Shown here piece after piece: positions 52,367 through 64,000 of a stretch of DNA of 64,000 bases. The notes beneath the pieces are model-generated. The model ran no database searches and had not been told where the DNA came from. It saw only the letters and a program-made list of their open reading frames with translations. A program made the translations under genes and the position numbers. Source of the DNA: Perna viridis (lineage: Eukaryota); NCBI GenBank assembly GCA_037379345.1, contig CM074514.1, positions 19,840,001 through 19,904,000 of the forward strand, given 5' to 3'. Each line of letters starts with the position of its first letter. The stretch's first letter is position 1.

Positions 52367-52635
52367 AATTGTTGTGGTAACTTGAAATTCGTGGCAAAGG
52401 AAAAGCAGACAAGCACTTCCGGGTGCTCCCTACAACATTTGTATTTATAAAGAATCCTCTTCATGTCGGACGATTTTCGCAAATATTTTTGTCATTTTTT
52501 TATCATAAAACACATCTGTTATGGTGTTAAATTTTGTTTTTGATATATTTACAACTTAAAGGTAAATTTAATTTATGTTTGATTTACTTCCTGTTTTTTT
52601 GTGGAGATGTAAGCGGCATAAACAAAACAAGAAAT
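52367..52635. promoter_or_regulatory. Bidirectional promoter and 5' UTRs shared by ALG1 and ANKRD54
   Basis: 269 nt between divergent ATGs; ETS/GABP-type CACTTCCGGG at 52414-52423 and ACTTCCTGT at 52586-52594; several CpGs in otherwise CpG-poor DNA. Confidence 0.8.
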
Positions 52636-59639
<7,004 letters not shown>

Positions 59640-59783
59640 GTAAGTTTTTATCATTAATATGTTAAATCAAAAATGTAGTAACAGCTAAGTTAGGAGACAG
59701 GTTTACAACAACTTAAAAAAGATAAAGATTAATTCATAACTCTCACAGAATGTACTTTAAAAAAAACAGGACCTTCTCTGCTA

Positions 59784-60845
59784 TCTGGACAATGACTTGA
59801 TTATAAGTAATTGGATCTCTTTGACATTGTACCACAAGGTGCCATACTACCAAAGCAAGGCTTAGGTTGATTTTGTGGGTGATGACATGAATTGTTTAAG
59901 AATGATGGGCCAAATTAAGGGGCCAGAAACAAGCAGTTTTTTTTATGTCTTGATAATAACTTGAGTAAATGTGAATGGATCTCTTTAAGATTTTACCACA
60001 ATGTACCAGTCCTCAAAAATAAAGTTGGCATTGTATTAGGTGGTTGTGACTTTAACCATTTAAGAATGAGATGACCTAAAGAGTAATCAAAGGAACCAAG
60101 GTTATAGCGGTAATCAAAAAAATATAATCCAGGGACAAAGACCTGACATGGAAAACAGACATACACAACAAAGAGCATTAAGTATCTAAAATCATACATA
60201 CAAAATAACAAAAGCAAATGAGCAACTCAGACTCCACTAAAAACTGGGAGCATGGACGAGGTGCACCAGTAGGGTAAGCGTCGTCTGCTTTTCTAGAAAC
60301 ACTCGCCGAGTTGCTCATAAAAAGTCAAGTCCAGGGTAGACAAACGAGGAAAGGAAAACTATGACCCGTTGAATAAATCAGTTTTCATGGTACAGATGGA
60401 TACACCATAACGATCCACAAGTGCATGATGACGACCATAAAACTTCTGTAGTGATGACTTCAATCTTGTAGCAACATAACCTTGTGCCAGAAACCTATTT
60501 GTTAGAGTTCTAGTGTGATACAAAAAGTCTGTGTAGTTTCGGCAAGCTCTGGCATAACATATGAGTTGTGATATGAACACTCCATATGCAGGTGCTGAAG
60601 GGATGTTGCCACAGATGAAAGGAAAGTTGACAATTCTGAATGAAAAGTCATTAAGTTTGTCGTAAAAGTTTGGTCAATAGGCCCAAAAAAGGGGCCAGAA
60701 ATAAGCATTTTACTGATGTCTGGACAATAATTTGACATTTCCTTGAAATTATACTACAAGATGCCATATGATAAGAGGAAACCAAGGATTGATTTTAGGG
60801 TATGTGACTTGTACAAATTAGGAAATAGGGGTCTTTAAGGGGCAA
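59784..60845 (+). repeat. Degenerate ~165-bp tandem-unit repeat, interrupted by the Penelope-like insertion
   Basis: Units start tctggacaatgacttga (59784), tcttgataataacttga (~59948) and tctggacaataatttga (~60719); aaggggccagaaa(c/t)aagca recurs at ~59917 and ~60689. Confidence 0.7.
60070..60676 (-). mobile_element. 5'-truncated Penelope-like retroelement (RT C-terminal/thumb fragment plus 3' region)
   Basis: Minus-strand frame YDKLNDFSFRIVNFPFICGNIPSAPAYGVFISQLICYARACRNYTDF...QGY..RLKSSLQKFYGRH..YGVS..DLFNGS* (to 60359). This matches the YDKRDDF.F.IVNFP..SNIP..AYGVYISQL.RYARAC motif typical of invertebrate Penelope-like RTs. Confidence 0.85.
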
Positions 60846-61359
60846 CATCATTTATGGTCAAATTCATATCCTGCATCAAAAATTTAATCTCAATTTCTGA
60901 TTCAGCACTATTTCAATTGAGCTTGAAAACGATGTGTCCATACTTGTTGGAATTGAAACATGTGTTCAAATCTGCATCAGTAGTATGTGTTAATTACATT
61001 ATTATATTTGTCCATGAGATAAGGTGAAAACATTTGGTTGGAATTAATTTGGTTGCACAACATACAAGTTGTTCTATTCTTGGTCCTACTCAATATAGTT
61101 GCATTTGAACTGTTAGTTGATTTTAAACATGTCAAAAAAGGTTCATTAAAATAAATATAACATAGACTTAATTAATTATTTAGTATTCTATTACTGTCTA
61201 TGTTTTCAAAGGTGAAATCAGGGGAAGGGGAAGGCGTCATTAGCATTTCACCTCTCATGAAATTGAAACTATTTCAAAATGTTATATATTATATGTCAAA
61301 ACTTGAAGAATACTCAAATAGGAAATGTAAAGTTCAATAAATTTATTTATTTAATTGTT

Positions 61360-61641
61360 TTATTATACCCCTGCAAACAAAATTGGGAGGGTATATAGGA
61401 ATCACCCCATCTGTCTGCCTGTCTGTCTGTTTATATTTCTCGTCAGTGCAATACCTCCTTAATCGCTAAAGGGATTTTCATAAAATTATACAGGTAGGTT
61501 GGGCATCATATATAGATGTCCATGAAGGACTACTGTTACTGTCGGATGATTCCAAAGGGAGATAATTGAGTTTAAAAGCTATCTCCATCATTTGAAGTGA
61601 GAAGGATTCTCTTTATGAGTTTGCTCATAGTATTTCTAGTT
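61360..61641 (+). mobile_element. Helentron-associated (HINE/DINE-1-like) non-autonomous element
   Basis: 5' ttataccc...gggtata inverted repeat, (TCTG)n microsatellite, 3' hairpin tatgagtttgctcata followed by ctagtt. The core ttgggcatcatat recurs at ~13720. Confidence 0.6.
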
Positions 61642-64000
61642 AACGCTGTTAGGTGTTCACTTATATGATCACAATATGAAAGTTTTGTCACATGTGGTCA
61701 TACATCAATGAAACTATAGGTGTTCTGTGAATTGTTTAATTTTTCAGTTATGAAAATCTGGTCATATTAAGGAAATGTTTAAACGGAAGTTGAAAAGTTC
61801 TTTGAGCAGTTTCCTTCTCTGTCAGAATCTTATAATGGAGTTTTAGTGCGCTGTAAAACCTGGATTTAACCTACCACTTTAGTTGAAGTGCCTGTACCAA
61901 GTTAGAACCATTGCAGTACCAGCTGCTCCAGTGGTGTAATATCTATTTTGCCAGATTTGTTTTGAACCTGACTTGATTATGAATCTGATCAGTGTTCAGT
62001 AATTTTGTTGTTACCCTTATTTGTGTCAAATATTTAATCACAATCCAAACTCTAAATTGTGTTAAGCTTGATTGGTTTGTGCATATATGCCCCAATTGTT
62101 CAGGGTTGACCACTGAAGTCATATCAAGCTGCACCCTGCAAAGCATTTTTTTTTACAACCAGGGTCCCATGTAAAACTAATTTTCTAGTGACATCTGAAA
62201 ACATACTTCACAATTTAGTTTATATGACTCGTGATACTATCTATCAAATTACAAAATAGGAGATGTTCAATAATAAAATGACTCATTATTTCAATCTGGT
62301 ATGATATTCTTTGGCATTTGCTAATAAAATGTAATTTGTCTATGACATTTAGTTGAGCAGTAGATTTTTGTTTTTGCAGCAAGAACATTGCATATAGGTT
62401 AAGTAGTAAAACTGAAAGTTGATTGCTTTTAGTAATAGTTTGACATCATATGTAGGTTTGCATGAAAGAAGATAGTTCCTGTTGGGCACTTGCTAAAGGA
62501 GATCTTCAATCTACAAGGTTTTTCATGTTATATTAAGCCATCATTAAAAAATTCCTGAATTCTCCAACATTTTTCAAAATTAGGGGCGGGCAGGCAAATT
62601 TAATTTTTTATTCTTTTTTTATCAATTTAAGTGAGAAATGCTGTCAATTTGAAAGAAATTGAACTAAATTTGGAAAAAATCAAAATGAAGTTTTTCAAGG
62701 AGGATGAAAAACTTTGGGTTGGCAAGGGATGAAAATCTAGGATATTTTTTTTTTTATTTTTTGCCTTTTCCTAAGCAATGGACAACATCTTCCTTAATGT
62801 TTCAACTTAATGGTTTAATATTATTTAGTCCATTCGAATCAGGGGAGGTATTTTTTTTTTATGAGGTTGCTTACAGTACTTCTAGTTTTTAACTTATTTA
62901 AATACTTGTAGTTACTAATGTATCAGTCTTTTGATGTGATGCCTATAAATAGAGAGAGGTGTGACCATTTTTTAGTGCACCAGTATTTAAACAGATCCTC
63001 CTGATTAACTTTGCTACACTGTATCATTATGGTTGTAGCCAGGCATTGTGTGATATTCTCTTATTTTTGTTGACTAAGGTTTTTCCTTTCACAAGTTTTC
63101 CATAGCCTTGTGGTCTCCTGCTAATAATTTTTGAACATAATTTCTTTTCTCCTAACTTTGCACAATTGTTTTGTACTATAAAAAAAAACAAATCCAGTTT
63201 GATTTTCAGCACAATCATATTTGCAGTTTAAAACTTTGCCATCCCCTTCGCTAATTTCTAGATTATAACCTTAGAACAGATCAATTAATTTAACACTTTA
63301 AAAGCAGGAGATACAAGTATATAGTGATCATGTTGTCTGTTCCTTTGTCTCCAGGTTCTAGCTAAATTCCTCATAAACATTTCAAAAAGAAACTTGGGAC
63401 TTCTGTTCAGGCTGACAGAAACCCAGAAATTCCACAGTATCTGGTTCTTTAATGACAGTGTCTACACCAAAACTACAGAGAAAGAAAAAAGAATAAGCTT
63501 TGACATATTTGACAATGTAGAAGAAAAATTGAAGCAGAGTGGGAAAAAAAGGTGAATGTAGAAAGTGACACTGCACATAATTAAATTTGTTGATGAATAA
63601 TATTTTTTTTCTTCTATGAATACTGTATTAAGTAAAGGGAAATAACTTTGTGTTTTAAATTTGAATTTCCAAGTATGGTCAAGGTTAAGATAGGGATATA
63701 ACTATAGAACTTTGTTTTAAGAGTCAGAAAATTTCAGTCAATTAAGAGACATAAAGTAAGATGTACAATTGATGAAGATAAAAATAAATATGCATATTAT
63801 CAGCTTGAACATTCACTTATTTTTTTTCTATAAATGTTTTAGTTTAGTTACCATAAAACATACATGAAAAATTTTAAACTTTTTTTTAAGTAACTTGCTA
63901 TCCTGAGGCTAGGAGATACACATGGCGACAACTTACTCCATTGAGACAAAGTCGCCTTAATTATTTTCTGGTCTCGGGAGATTTCTTTTCCCTAATGAAA

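Noticed and set aside
59640-64000. Next ANKRD54 exon (expected AACT.. ankyrin continuation)
   Set aside because: No phase-1 acceptor followed by a matching peptide was found; the exon probably lies beyond the window.

Overview
This is AT-rich, CpG-depleted, intron-rich animal DNA. The repeat content resembles a bivalve such as Mytilus (inference from recalled repeat motifs, not a search). Three spliced genes can be rebuilt by hand from GT-AG junctions with consistent phases. (1) The 3' part of an unconventional myosin XV gene on +: 32 core exons from 331 to the stop at 30642, about 1,620 codons, encoding the post-MyTH4 region, Q/P-rich linker, FERM-like region, SH3 and a second MyTH4-FERM. 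(2) A complete 13-exon ALG1 beta-1,4-mannosyltransferase on - (52366 to 37567, 466 aa). (3) The first five exons of ANKRD54 on + (from 52636), head-to-head with ALG1, with start codons 270 bp apart. Non-genic content includes a 2.4-kb 60-bp minisatellite between the convergent 3' ends, a 31-bp array amplified inside a dispersed repeat, a 29/58-bp array, a Penelope-like retroelement 3' fragment nested in another repeat, Helentron-associated-type (HINE) elements and two MITE-like hairpins. The most interesting candidates concern myosin XV isoforms: a possible internal start exon (ATG 5108, perfect donor) that would give a motor-less tail protein, an 18-nt microexon followed by QKI/Rbfox motifs, and several frame-neutral cassette exons after the SH3 domain. 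None of these is confirmed without transcript data.
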